A DNA stretch of 51,643 nt, taken from NCBI GenBank assembly GCA_046075565.1, contig JBJTQJ010000110.1, positions 1 to 51,643 on the forward strand, read 5' to 3'. The position numbers and the translations under genes were made by a program. Below are positions 37,171-46,207 of the stretch, piece by piece. Position 1 is the stretch's first letter; every line of letters starts with the position of its first letter. The notes under the pieces are model-generated. The model did no database searches. It was not told where the DNA came from and saw nothing but the letters and a program-made list of their open reading frames with translations. This DNA comes from Verrucomicrobiales bacterium (GTDB lineage: Bacteria > Verrucomicrobiota > Verrucomicrobiia > Verrucomicrobiales > SLCJ01).

Positions 37171-38634
37171 TCAAGGTCCTTCGATCTTGCGGCTGGATGC
37201 CGCGTCGCGGATCGCTTGCAGGAGCTTTTGGCCCTGCGCGATTGTTTCGGGGTGCTTATTCGCGACATCCCGTTGCTCGCTGGGATCGGATTCGATGTCG
37301 TAAAGTTCAATGTCGAGGTCTTTGCTGTCCGGAACTTTCGCGTCGATCATTTTCCACTTTCCGAAGCGCAAGGCCTGGCGGCCTTTTACGTCATTCAGGA
37401 CAGTGTGCGGACGCTTCGACGGAGCTTTGGGATCATGCAAAACGTGGGCAAAGGAGAAGCTGTCGGGCGCTGTGTTTTCCGGCAAGTCTTTGGTGCCGAG
37501 TATCTCAGCAATCGTCGCGAAGAAATCCGCCGTGCTCACATAGGCAGGGGATCTGCCGCCGCCCGAGATCTGTTTTGGATAACTGACGATCAGCGGGACA
37601 CGGAATCCACCTTCGTAGATGGTGTGCTTGTCGCCGCGCCACTTTCCATTGATTTCAAGGCCTGCTTCGAGCGCTTGAAGTTCGGGTGGGTTGTCTTTTG
37701 CTTGCCACAGAGCCGTCTTTTTCTTCGGCGGGATGTCCCCGCCGTTGTCACTAGTGAAGATGAACACCGTATCCGCCAGTTGTCCGCGGCTCTCCAGGGC
37801 ATCCATCAATTGTCCAACGGAGTCATCAATATCGTGGATGAAATCCCCGTAGGCACCGGCGGCGCTGGATCCGGCACTGCGTTTCGAGGGTAGGACGGGG
37901 TGATGCACCGCCACCGCTGCAAAATACAGGAAAAACGGCCTGCCCTCCTTGCGCTTGGAGATCCAATCGACCGCACGCTTGGTGGTCTCTGTCATGACCT
38001 CCGGTTCGTCGCGCTGGGGAGCGTCATATCCGGTGTATGGCGTTCCATAAAAACTCTGCCCATAGGGTTTGATGCGGTCGCTGCGCAAACCGAAAACTCC
38101 TCGGTTCTCCACGTAAACCTTGTGGATGTCGTCCATGTTGTTGGGGATCCCGAAGTGGTAGTCAAAGCCGACATCATTCGGGCCCGGACTGATGTCACCC
38201 AGCAGGTTTTTGAAGCGTTCCCTCTTGTATCCGAGGTGCCATTTGCCAATGTGCGCTGTGTCGTAACCACGCTCCTGCAAAAAGCCGCCGAGTGTAGGAG
38301 TTGATGGGTCAATGAGCAGCGGATCAAATGAATTCACCACTCCCGACTTCAGGCGGGTGCGCCACGCATAACGGCCGGTCAGCATCGCATAGCGTGTCGG
38401 CGAGCAAACGGACGCGGTGGTCGAAGCGTTATCGAATATGACCCCCGCTTGAGCAAGTTTGGAGACGTTGGGCGTGCGGATCAATTTGGGGTTCGCCCCA
38501 TAGGGAGTCGTGCTGCCCCAACCGAGGTCGTCGCACATATAGACGACAATGTCCGGCGAAGTCGCTGGGTGGGGACTTGAGAAAACAAAAGGCACTGCGG
38601 CCAAGACGCTCAGAACTTTACCAAAGGTGTTCAT
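37171..38634 (-). CDS. Formylglycine-dependent (S1) arylsulfatase
   Basis: DDLGWG, CSPTRYAMLTGR (CxPxR), GKWHLG, FTSDNGG, YEGGFRVP; N-terminal signal peptide. Confidence 0.95.
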   Translation of the reverse strand: MNTFGKVLSVLAAVPFVFSSPHPATSPDIVVYMCDDLGWGSTTPYGANPKLIRTPNVSKLAQAGVIFDNASTTASVCSPTRYAMLTGRYAWRTRLKSGVVNSFDPLLIDPSTPTLGGFLQERGYDTAHIGKWHLGYKRERFKNLLGDISPGPNDVGFDYHFGIPNNMDDIHKVYVENRGVFGLRSDRIKPYGQSFYGTPYTGYDAPQRDEPEVMTETTKRAVDWISKRKEGRPFFLYFAAVAVHHPVLPSKRSAGSSAAGAYGDFIHDIDDSVGQLMDALESRGQLADTVFIFTSDNGGDIPPKKKTALWQAKDNPPELQALEAGLEINGKWRGDKHTIYEGGFRVPLIVSYPKQISGGGRSPAYVSTADFFATIAEILGTKDLPENTAPDSFSFAHVLHDPKAPSKRPHTVLNDVKGRQALRFGKWKMIDAKVPDSKDLDIELYDIESDPSEQRDVANKHPETIAQGQKLLQAIRDAASSRKIEGP

Positions 38635-38765
38635 CGTTTATCTGAATTGGCGGATTTCATTCGCGGCGAAGTGTTTGCTTTTAACGGAAGGCCCCTGAAT
38701 GAGCGTCTGGGGCCGTCTCCGCTAACCCGGGCTCGCAGGAGCCGGATAAAAAAATCCTGCTTGGA

Positions 38766-41700
38766 TTAATAGTCAGCCCGTTTCATCACCATGAGCAGAG
38801 TTTTCCAGCCAACCGGATTCTTGGGACCGAAACCACCGGCTTCGACGAACAGATAATCCGCGCCACCGATGGTTTTGGGAATCATCTTCAGCGCGGCGCG
38901 ATTGTTGATGTCGATGAGGGCGTCCCCGGACCAGAGCAGCAGCGGGGAGTCCGAGCTGCCATCGGCTTTGAGATCCAAATCTTGGAACGGAGCGCGGCCA
39001 GCGTTGACCTTTTTCCCATCGGGTTGGAATTCCTCCATGGTGCGGACGACATCGGCGAGCTTCCACTTGCCGGGAATGGCGGGATTGGCGACGAATTTGC
39101 CGTCGAAGAGGAACGGCGGGTTTTCCTGAACTTCGTCGCCGACCGGAGCCGGGTCGTTGCGGCTCTGCCATTCCGTGCTGAGCAGCGGGGTGAAGAGCGC
39201 GGACTTGCGCAGGACTGCAGCGTCGAGGGGCGGAAGCGCGCGTTCCTCCAGCCACAGGCTAAAGATGCCTTGCGGGACGGGCGGCATCTGGACGATGGCG
39301 CGGTCGCCGTAGCGGAGGAAGGTGATTGCGGAGATGGTCACCGGCCCTTTGGCGAAGTCCTCGGTGAATTCCTTGGTGATCCATGCGCCGCGGATGGTGT
39401 CGCCGGCGCGGCGGCCGAGACCCTCCTTGCTCTCCGCGAGGGCTTTGCCGTTGATGTAAAGCTTGAAGCCATCGCCCGCGCCAACGCCTTGGCCGCGATC
39501 AACACGCAGGCGGTAGATGTGGCCGGGCTTGAGAGCGGGGAGCTCGAATTTCTGGGTGACGAGCAGCACTTCGTTTTCCCACAACGTTTTCGGTTTGCTC
39601 GTCCAGAAGTTGTCATCACGCGTGCTCCCGCGGTGGTTGGTATCGAGCTGGCCTTTGAATTGGCCGATGGGCATGGCGCCGAGTTTCCAACCGACCTTCG
39701 CGGGCTCGAAGCCGGGGGCATACCAGTTTTCAATACCCGGGGGCATGGTGACGGGACGGTAGCGCCAGGGCGATTTGTCGTAGGCCTGTTTCTCCGCTGG
39801 ATCAAAAGAGTGGTAGTGCCACTTGGCTTCGGAAAGTTTACCGAATTCGTTCCAATCGTAGTCGTGCACACCAACCTTCTGATAGAGGCTGACCAGACCG
39901 TCGATGGAGTTGGTGACAACACCATTCTGATTGGGTTTTTCCAGTTCGTTGAAAATCCTTTGCCGGTTTTCCGCTATGTATTGGTAGATCAACTTCTCGC
40001 GGATGATCGGCTTGATGGTTTCCTGGAGCTTCGGCCCGAAGCTTTCAGGGTTCGCCGCGAGGAAGACCTTGTCATGCGGAAGCGGATCATCCGGGTGTTG
40101 TTTCTTCGAAAGTTCGAAAAGGACATCGTAACCACCGGGCACGCTGGCAAGGGTTTCCGCGAGGACATCGATGGTCTCCTTGCGGTGGTCGGCCATGTTC
40201 TGGCCACCCTGCCAAGTCGAGGGACCCTCGTAGTCGGAGTAGCTGAAGCCGAGAGCCTTCAGGGCGACATCGCGAACGGCGGGCGTGGCATTGGGGAGAT
40301 TGCCGCGGAGCATGTAGAGCGGCCCCATGGTGGTGCTCTGACGCGGGGTTTTCTGAACGAACTCGCCAAACGCGGGCAGGACCTTCACATAGCAACGCTC
40401 ATCGATGGCGATGGTGGCGAGTGCTTGGAGCGCGCCATTCTGGAGCCACTGCTCCGGGTGTGCCAGGTAGGAAATGAGCAGATCCACATGGGGGACGATC
40501 ATGTCCACGCTTCCTTTGCCAACGATGGCGAGGCAGGCATCCTTCACGAACCATGATTCGGCATCGTCATTCAGCCGCTCGATGGCGTAGGCAAACATAC
40601 GCCTGGAGAAATCGTCATCGGGTTGCATGATCCGCACGGAGGCGCGAAGCCCAGCGTAGCGGACGCGGGGATCGGGGTGACGGGCGAATTCCTCAAGCAG
40701 GTGCAATCGGGGCTGCGGCCCCGGTTTCGGGAACATATAATCGGCAGTGAGGCCGGTGGCCATGTTCGCGATCATGTTGCGAATCAGGAATTGCGGATGG
40801 CGGATGTGCAGCCGGAAGTCGTCGTCGCTGAGTTCTTTCGCGTTGAGCCCGATGATGAACGGCTTGGCGGAGTGTTTGGTCAGGATTTCCCCGGAGAGGT
40901 CGAGGAATTTCCCATCCTTGTCGGGAACGGAGTCAGTGGAGACGAAGATGTCATCGGCTTCATTGCCCCATGGTCTGGCGGGGAGCGTGTAGCTTTTGGA
41001 AAACTTCGACGGCGGCGCGCCGGTAATGCGCAGGGTTTTGCGCGGGAAGGTATAGGCCCATGGGAAGAGCGCACCCCATTCGAGGTCGTCGTAACCCGCG
41101 CCGCCGAGGATGCCGAAGGAACCGTCGAAGCGGCGGGACAGGTCGTAGTGCCACTTGCGGTGATCCATGAACTCACGGTGCTGGAGGCGGTCTTTCTCCG
41201 CGAGCAACTGGATGGAGCCGCTGCGCCAGATCTCGCCGATGCCACCACCGGTGTGACCATGGAGCATGAAGGTGGTGGTGTAGAAGCTGGTCTTGGCGGA
41301 GTTGTCGCGCGCCTTCGCATAGATCGATTTCTCGCCTTCGGGGGTGAGCGAGGCGGCGGCAGCCATGGCGAAGGCGAGGTTGCCGTGTTTACCATTATCG
41401 ACGAAAGAGGTCTCCGGGCGATCGTCGCCATAGGGGTTGATACCGCGCCCGGCATAGCGGAAGAAATGGACGAGGGTGCGGTTGAGAAGGCTCTCATCAA
41501 CCTCCACACCGCATTGTTTGGCGAGCAAGAGGAAGGTGACCACGGCCGTTCCGCCAGCGTTGAGGTGGCCGTTGCCGTAGCCGAGCTTGACCACGCCGCC
41601 CCGGCCTGCCCAAGCATCAAGGTATTCGCCCTTTTTCGCAGCCGCGACCCAGCTTTCGATGACCGGTAGGGCAACGGGATCGCCGGTGCGGAGATAGTAT

Positions 41701-42347
41701 TCGCAGAGCGGAATACCGCCGAAGCCGATGTGCCAGGCATAACCATTGTGTTTCTTGGGATCGATCAAGTGCACCCATGCCTTGACGGGCGCGAGGTCTT
41801 TCTCCTCGCCGGTGGAAAGCAAGAACAGCATACCGGTGTCGGCGAAACCCTTGTTCGAGCCGGGTTTGGAAATGTAGTCGGCGAAGCCGCGAACGATCTT
41901 CTCGGACTTCGGGCAATCAAGCGGCCATGTCTTGCTGTAGGACCCGAGCACGGGGATTTTCACCACGATGGGTTCCGCCACGTCCTTGATGGCAAATTTC
42001 AGAACACCATCGGCAGCTTCGGCGTCGGCGAGGATCTTGCCGAGCTGGATACGGGGATCGATATCCTTGAGGCTCTGGCCGTTGATCGAGGTGATGACCT
42101 GGCCTTTTTTCAGGCCGGCGGCTTCGGCGGGTGAGCCGGGCTCGATCGTGCCCGCGACCATGGTGAAGGCGGGCTGATGAAGCTCCATCGCCATGCCGAC
42201 CGGGCCGAAGCGCTCAATGACGTTTACGGTTTTCTCCGGCGATGGCGCGGTGGAAAAAAGCGGGGTTTCCTTGTAAAAGGATTCGGCCGCCAGAACCGGC
42301 AGGCAGACAAGGCGCAGGCCAAGTAGAATCAGCAGTGTCTTTTTCAT
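38766..42347 (-). CDS. Large secreted protein with PDZ-like, DUF6288-like helical and HEAT-like domains
   Basis: Signal peptide from ATG 42347; PDZ-like PGSPAEAAGLKKGQVITSING; LGSYSKTWPLDCPKSEKI, LCEYYLRTGD, HGHTG, WHYDLSRRFDGSF motifs that I associate with DUF6288 proteins. Confidence 0.7.
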   Translation of the reverse strand: MKKTLLILLGLRLVCLPVLAAESFYKETPLFSTAPSPEKTVNVIERFGPVGMAMELHQPAFTMVAGTIEPGSPAEAAGLKKGQVITSINGQSLKDIDPRIQLGKILADAEAADGVLKFAIKDVAEPIVVKIPVLGSYSKTWPLDCPKSEKIVRGFADYISKPGSNKGFADTGMLFLLSTGEEKDLAPVKAWVHLIDPKKHNGYAWHIGFGGIPLCEYYLRTGDPVALPVIESWVAAAKKGEYLDAWAGRGGVVKLGYGNGHLNAGGTAVVTFLLLAKQCGVEVDESLLNRTLVHFFRYAGRGINPYGDDRPETSFVDNGKHGNLAFAMAAAASLTPEGEKSIYAKARDNSAKTSFYTTTFMLHGHTGGGIGEIWRSGSIQLLAEKDRLQHREFMDHRKWHYDLSRRFDGSFGILGGAGYDDLEWGALFPWAYTFPRKTLRITGAPPSKFSKSYTLPARPWGNEADDIFVSTDSVPDKDGKFLDLSGEILTKHSAKPFIIGLNAKELSDDDFRLHIRHPQFLIRNMIANMATGLTADYMFPKPGPQPRLHLLEEFARHPDPRVRYAGLRASVRIMQPDDDFSRRMFAYAIERLNDDAESWFVKDACLAIVGKGSVDMIVPHVDLLISYLAHPEQWLQNGALQALATIAIDERCYVKVLPAFGEFVQKTPRQSTTMGPLYMLRGNLPNATPAVRDVALKALGFSYSDYEGPSTWQGGQNMADHRKETIDVLAETLASVPGGYDVLFELSKKQHPDDPLPHDKVFLAANPESFGPKLQETIKPIIREKLIYQYIAENRQRIFNELEKPNQNGVVTNSIDGLVSLYQKVGVHDYDWNEFGKLSEAKWHYHSFDPAEKQAYDKSPWRYRPVTMPPGIENWYAPGFEPAKVGWKLGAMPIGQFKGQLDTNHRGSTRDDNFWTSKPKTLWENEVLLVTQKFELPALKPGHIYRLRVDRGQGVGAGDGFKLYINGKALAESKEGLGRRAGDTIRGAWITKEFTEDFAKGPVTISAITFLRYGDRAIVQMPPVPQGIFSLWLEERALPPLDAAVLRKSALFTPLLSTEWQSRNDPAPVGDEVQENPPFLFDGKFVANPAIPGKWKLADVVRTMEEFQPDGKKVNAGRAPFQDLDLKADGSSDSPLLLWSGDALIDINNRAALKMIPKTIGGADYLFVEAGGFGPKNPVGWKTLLMVMKRADY

Positions 42348-42786
42348 AGGATTTGGGAACCCTACATCATTCATCAGGAGTCCGCTGATTGAAAGCTCTA
42401 TAAAATTGCTTTTGACGGGAGGCTCACGAAAGAGCCCATGGGAGGGAGTCTTCGCTGCGCAGCGTCAACCCAAGCAGGACCGCAGCCGGGAATAGCAGTG
42501 GAAACCAGGAATCCCAAGCATTCCGCCAAGTTCAGGAGGCATTTCAAGCGGCAGGACGGAAAATGATGCCCAAAGGAAGAATCAAGGCTCCCGACCTGCT
42601 CTCCCGGCCTCGGTGGGTGTGCCAGATTGCTGTTCCGGCAAACCCACGGTGATCAATCACATCTCGATACGAGCAGTCCGATTCCGTGCGTCGGTAACCA
42701 AGTCGGTGTTCTGTTTGAGAACCCTGATTACGCAAGCCATTCTGCTGGCGATGAAGCTACGGAGGAGCCCTCCACCCATACCCAGT

Positions 42787-45700
42787 CTAAATCCCAGATG
42801 CCTCCGGGCCCGCATCCCAAAGCGCCCGCAGCGGTCGGTCGGGGTGCGCGAGGGCGAGCGCGAGCAGCCGCTGATAGCGGTGGAGAAACGCACGGACCGC
42901 GTCGGGATCGAAGCGGCCCGCGTCGAAGTAGAATCTCACCGCGTCCTCATCCTTCCGACCGAAGCGCAGGGCAAACCCGGGCGGCATGGCATGACCCCCA
43001 ATCGGTAACGGATCGATCTCGAGGTCGCCGAACATGCCTCGATCGGGAGGGTCCGAAATACTACAGAAGATGCGATGCCCGGGCATCGGCAAACCCTCTT
43101 GGCGCAGGGTTTCGTAGATGCGGTGGTGCGGCAGGTGGGTTGTCACATGCAAGCGCTCGAGTTCCCGCCGCACCATACGCGACCATGTGCGCAGTCCGGG
43201 TTCGCCGGAGAACTCCAAGGGCAGCATCGCATCGCCGACCAAAAAGCCGAACAAATCCTGCCACTCGGGACGCAATCGCGCGCTCAGATGGGTACTGAGG
43301 ATCATACGCCGCTCGCCGGTCTCAAGAGCAATTTGAGCCGCGAATACCGCCAGCCTCACCACGAATACCGTGAGGCCGTTGTCTTCACGAAAGGACCGCA
43401 TCGAAGCGCCGACAGAAGCATCACTCGTGCCCTTGATAAACCCCATGCCTGACGGCAGTCCGTCGACGCGTTTCTTTCTCTGCATCGGAAGTCGTGGTTT
43501 GGCCGGTCCCGCCTGAAGAAAGCTTCGCCAGCGGTCAAGTTCCCGCTGGATGAGATCTTGACTTTCGCCCTCCATCTCCCGCTGCCAAACGGCGAAGTCG
43601 GAGAGTTGATAACCGGGTTCGGAGGACAGGGGGATCGTCCGGCCTTCCCGGATCGCGTGGTGGAGCACGCCGAGTTCGCGGAAGAAAAGATGCCACGACT
43701 GGGCATCAGAGATCAGATGGTGGCTGACCCGCAGCAAGTTGAACTCCTGATCGGCAATCTTCACCAACGCCAAGTAGACCAGCGGCCCATTCTCGAGATC
43801 TATCTCGCGCTGTACGAAAGCGTGCTGCACGGTGCCGATGGCCGCGTTCGGATCCGGATCGTCGCTAACATCAAGAATCTCTAGTGTCGGGGTTAACGAG
43901 GGAAGCAGCACTTGAACCGGTTGTCCATCCTTCTCGCGGAACACGGTGCGCAGACTGGAGTGTCGGCGGAATATGAATCCCAAAGCCAGGCGAAAAGCCT
44001 CGGGATCGAGCGGGCCGCAAATGCGATGACGCGACTTCTGTGTGGCCGCCGCATGCATCGCCGGATCCTTTACGAAATGCCATAATTCTTCCTGAGAAAA
44101 AGAGAGCGGAAAGCTGGTGGCTTCTGAGCTGGTTGGCTGGCGTTGGGCACGCTGCCGACCGGCAGGAACGACACCATCAACATGCGCGGACAGATAAGCA
44201 GCCAATGTCCTGACGGTCGGATACTTGACAAAATCTTCCAAGAGCAAGATGCCACCGCTGACCTGCTCGAGTTTGGCGGCAATCACTGCGGCGGCAAGGG
44301 AGTCGCCGCCCAGTGCGAAGAAATCATCTTCCGCCCCAATCGCCTCGATATCGAAAGCTTCTTTCCATGCTTGTGCCACCAAGGCGGTGGTCGGATCGAG
44401 AATTGGAGCTTCGGTTTGGGGGCTGCGTCGGGATTCCGGGGAGGCAGCCGGTGCCCCGCGCCGCGCCAAAGCCTTGCGGTCGGGCTTCCCATGGGCGTTC
44501 AACGGCAATTCGTTGAGAAACACGAATTGCCTCGGGACCGCATGGCGCGCCACACGCGACCGCATCTCGCTGCGCAGCGAATCCTCATCGCAAGCGGCAT
44601 CCTGCCTCTTTACGACCCATGCCACCAGTTCGGTGCTGCCCTTGACTTCCTGGCTGGTCACCACCGCAGTCAGCACACCCTCGTTGGAGAGTAGTGCCGA
44701 TTCCACCTCGCCGAGCGCGACTCGAAAGCCGTGGACTTTGACCACTTCATCCACGCGTCCCCGCACCAGCAGGACGCCTCGATGCAGCCACCATCCCCGG
44801 TCCCGCGTGTGGAGGATAAAAATGCCCGGGCGCTCCGGATCAGGCCGGATCGTGGACTGATCCGGACGATTCCAATACCCGCTGGTCAGATATCGTCCCC
44901 TAACGACAATTTCCCCCTCTTGTCCTGGATCAAGAACCTGCCCGTCATCGCCCAGAATCTCGATTTCCACACCGGGCAGAGCCACACCGACTGGCAGTGG
45001 ATCCATTTCCTCATCACCCGCCTCGTCGACCACCCCCATCGCAATCGCCCCGGATTCTGACTGCGAGTAAGCGGCGACCATTTTGCAGGAATCGCTGAAG
45101 ACTCGGCGGAATTGACGCCAGTCGCCACCCCGACTCGCCTCGGACGCCAGGCGCACTTGCCTAACGCTCGGGAATCCATCGTGTTCGCGCAGACTGGAGC
45201 AGAAACCGCGGAAAACCGAAACGGAGAAGGAAAGAATGGATAATTCGCTGCGTCGGATCCACTCCGCCATACCGGCAAAGCCCCGCTCTGCGACCGGAAA
45301 AGGGTGGAGCGAGCAACCATTGAGCAAAGCCCACCACACGACCCCCACCCCCTGGCCGCTGCTGAGTGCGGAGAGCAGAGCGACCCGGTCACCGACATGC
45401 AGAGGCTCAACCACCCGCTTCCTCCATACATTGTGCAGCACAAGCCCATGACTGTGCATGACTCCTTTGGGCTGGCCGGTGCTCCCCGAGGTGTAAACCA
45501 ACCAAGCCACATCGCTTCCGCTGCAAACTGGCAGGACCGAGGTATCACCCACTCGATCCCTCCACTCTTCCCAGACCAAAAGCCGGGGGCCAAAATCCTC
45601 GGCGATTTGCCCTGCAAGCAGCAGATTATTCCGATCGCAAAGCAAGAATTCCGCTTCGGAGTCCCGCAAGATGGCTCCAATTCTGGTAGGAGGGTCGGTG

Positions 45701-46035
45701 GCGTTGGCAACCACCACCGTCTGCCCGGCCTTGAGCAGGGCCAGGGCGGCGATGACCAACGGGGCATCGTGGCGCATCAATAAAACCGTTCTTCCCCGCT
45801 TACCACTGAATTCCACCCACAGCGCCCCGGCGGTCGCTGCGCTGGCATCCTCGAGCTCACGGTAGGAATACGATCCTTCGCTTCCCACCAACGCGATTTG
45901 CTCCGGGCAACTCTCCGCAACCTTTGAGAAACGCTCCTGCACTGATGACTCGAATGCGTGTTGGTCCCAAGAAATCAGGGACTGTCTTGTCCCGAAACGG
46001 TTCCACCAGGTTCGCAATTTTCCCGCCCACATCAT
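42787..46035 (-). CDS. Monomodular NRPS-like protein, domain order A-T-C
   Basis: A3 YTSGSTGQPKGV, A8 GRVDEVVKVHGFRV, A10 NAHGKPDR; T domain DFFALGGDSL; C domain LSFSQEELW, RHSSLRTVF, HHLISDA. Start uncertain (ORF opens at 46185). Confidence 0.88.
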   Translation of the reverse strand: MMWAGKLRTWWNRFGTRQSLISWDQHAFESSVQERFSKVAESCPEQIALVGSEGSYSYRELEDASAATAGALWVEFSGKRGRTVLLMRHDAPLVIAALALLKAGQTVVVANATDPPTRIGAILRDSEAEFLLCDRNNLLLAGQIAEDFGPRLLVWEEWRDRVGDTSVLPVCSGSDVAWLVYTSGSTGQPKGVMHSHGLVLHNVWRKRVVEPLHVGDRVALLSALSSGQGVGVVWWALLNGCSLHPFPVAERGFAGMAEWIRRSELSILSFSVSVFRGFCSSLREHDGFPSVRQVRLASEASRGGDWRQFRRVFSDSCKMVAAYSQSESGAIAMGVVDEAGDEEMDPLPVGVALPGVEIEILGDDGQVLDPGQEGEIVVRGRYLTSGYWNRPDQSTIRPDPERPGIFILHTRDRGWWLHRGVLLVRGRVDEVVKVHGFRVALGEVESALLSNEGVLTAVVTSQEVKGSTELVAWVVKRQDAACDEDSLRSEMRSRVARHAVPRQFVFLNELPLNAHGKPDRKALARRGAPAASPESRRSPQTEAPILDPTTALVAQAWKEAFDIEAIGAEDDFFALGGDSLAAAVIAAKLEQVSGGILLLEDFVKYPTVRTLAAYLSAHVDGVVPAGRQRAQRQPTSSEATSFPLSFSQEELWHFVKDPAMHAAATQKSRHRICGPLDPEAFRLALGFIFRRHSSLRTVFREKDGQPVQVLLPSLTPTLEILDVSDDPDPNAAIGTVQHAFVQREIDLENGPLVYLALVKIADQEFNLLRVSHHLISDAQSWHLFFRELGVLHHAIREGRTIPLSSEPGYQLSDFAVWQREMEGESQDLIQRELDRWRSFLQAGPAKPRLPMQRKKRVDGLPSGMGFIKGTSDASVGASMRSFREDNGLTVFVVRLAVFAAQIALETGERRMILSTHLSARLRPEWQDLFGFLVGDAMLPLEFSGEPGLRTWSRMVRRELERLHVTTHLPHHRIYETLRQEGLPMPGHRIFCSISDPPDRGMFGDLEIDPLPIGGHAMPPGFALRFGRKDEDAVRFYFDAGRFDPDAVRAFLHRYQRLLALALAHPDRPLRALWDAGPEASGI

Positions 46036-46207
46036 CGGACAGCACCCTCTCTCTGTTGGCTGAGAACAGGAAGCTGCTTTTTGAATGGACAACCTTGAAA
46101 AAGCATGGCGAGCGGAGCATAGCTTTCCCATTCCGCGGTGCCAAGCACTTTTCCGAAAGTGCGAGTCCGCGCTGGCTTCCTCCACGCATTCGACCTAACA
46201 AGGAGGA

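Noticed and set aside
38722-38755. Hairpin with an A-tract between the DUF6288-like gene and the sulfatase
   Set aside because: On the coding (minus) strand the T-run precedes an imperfect stem, so it is not a convincing intrinsic terminator.
38982-41669. Plus-strand ORFs of 524 and 348 aa
   Set aside because: Antisense shadows of the DUF6288-like gene.
42375-42786. Long intergenic region as possible tRNA, riboswitch or ncRNA
   Set aside because: No cloverleaf or recognisable RNA motif seen; an Infernal/Rfam scan would be needed.
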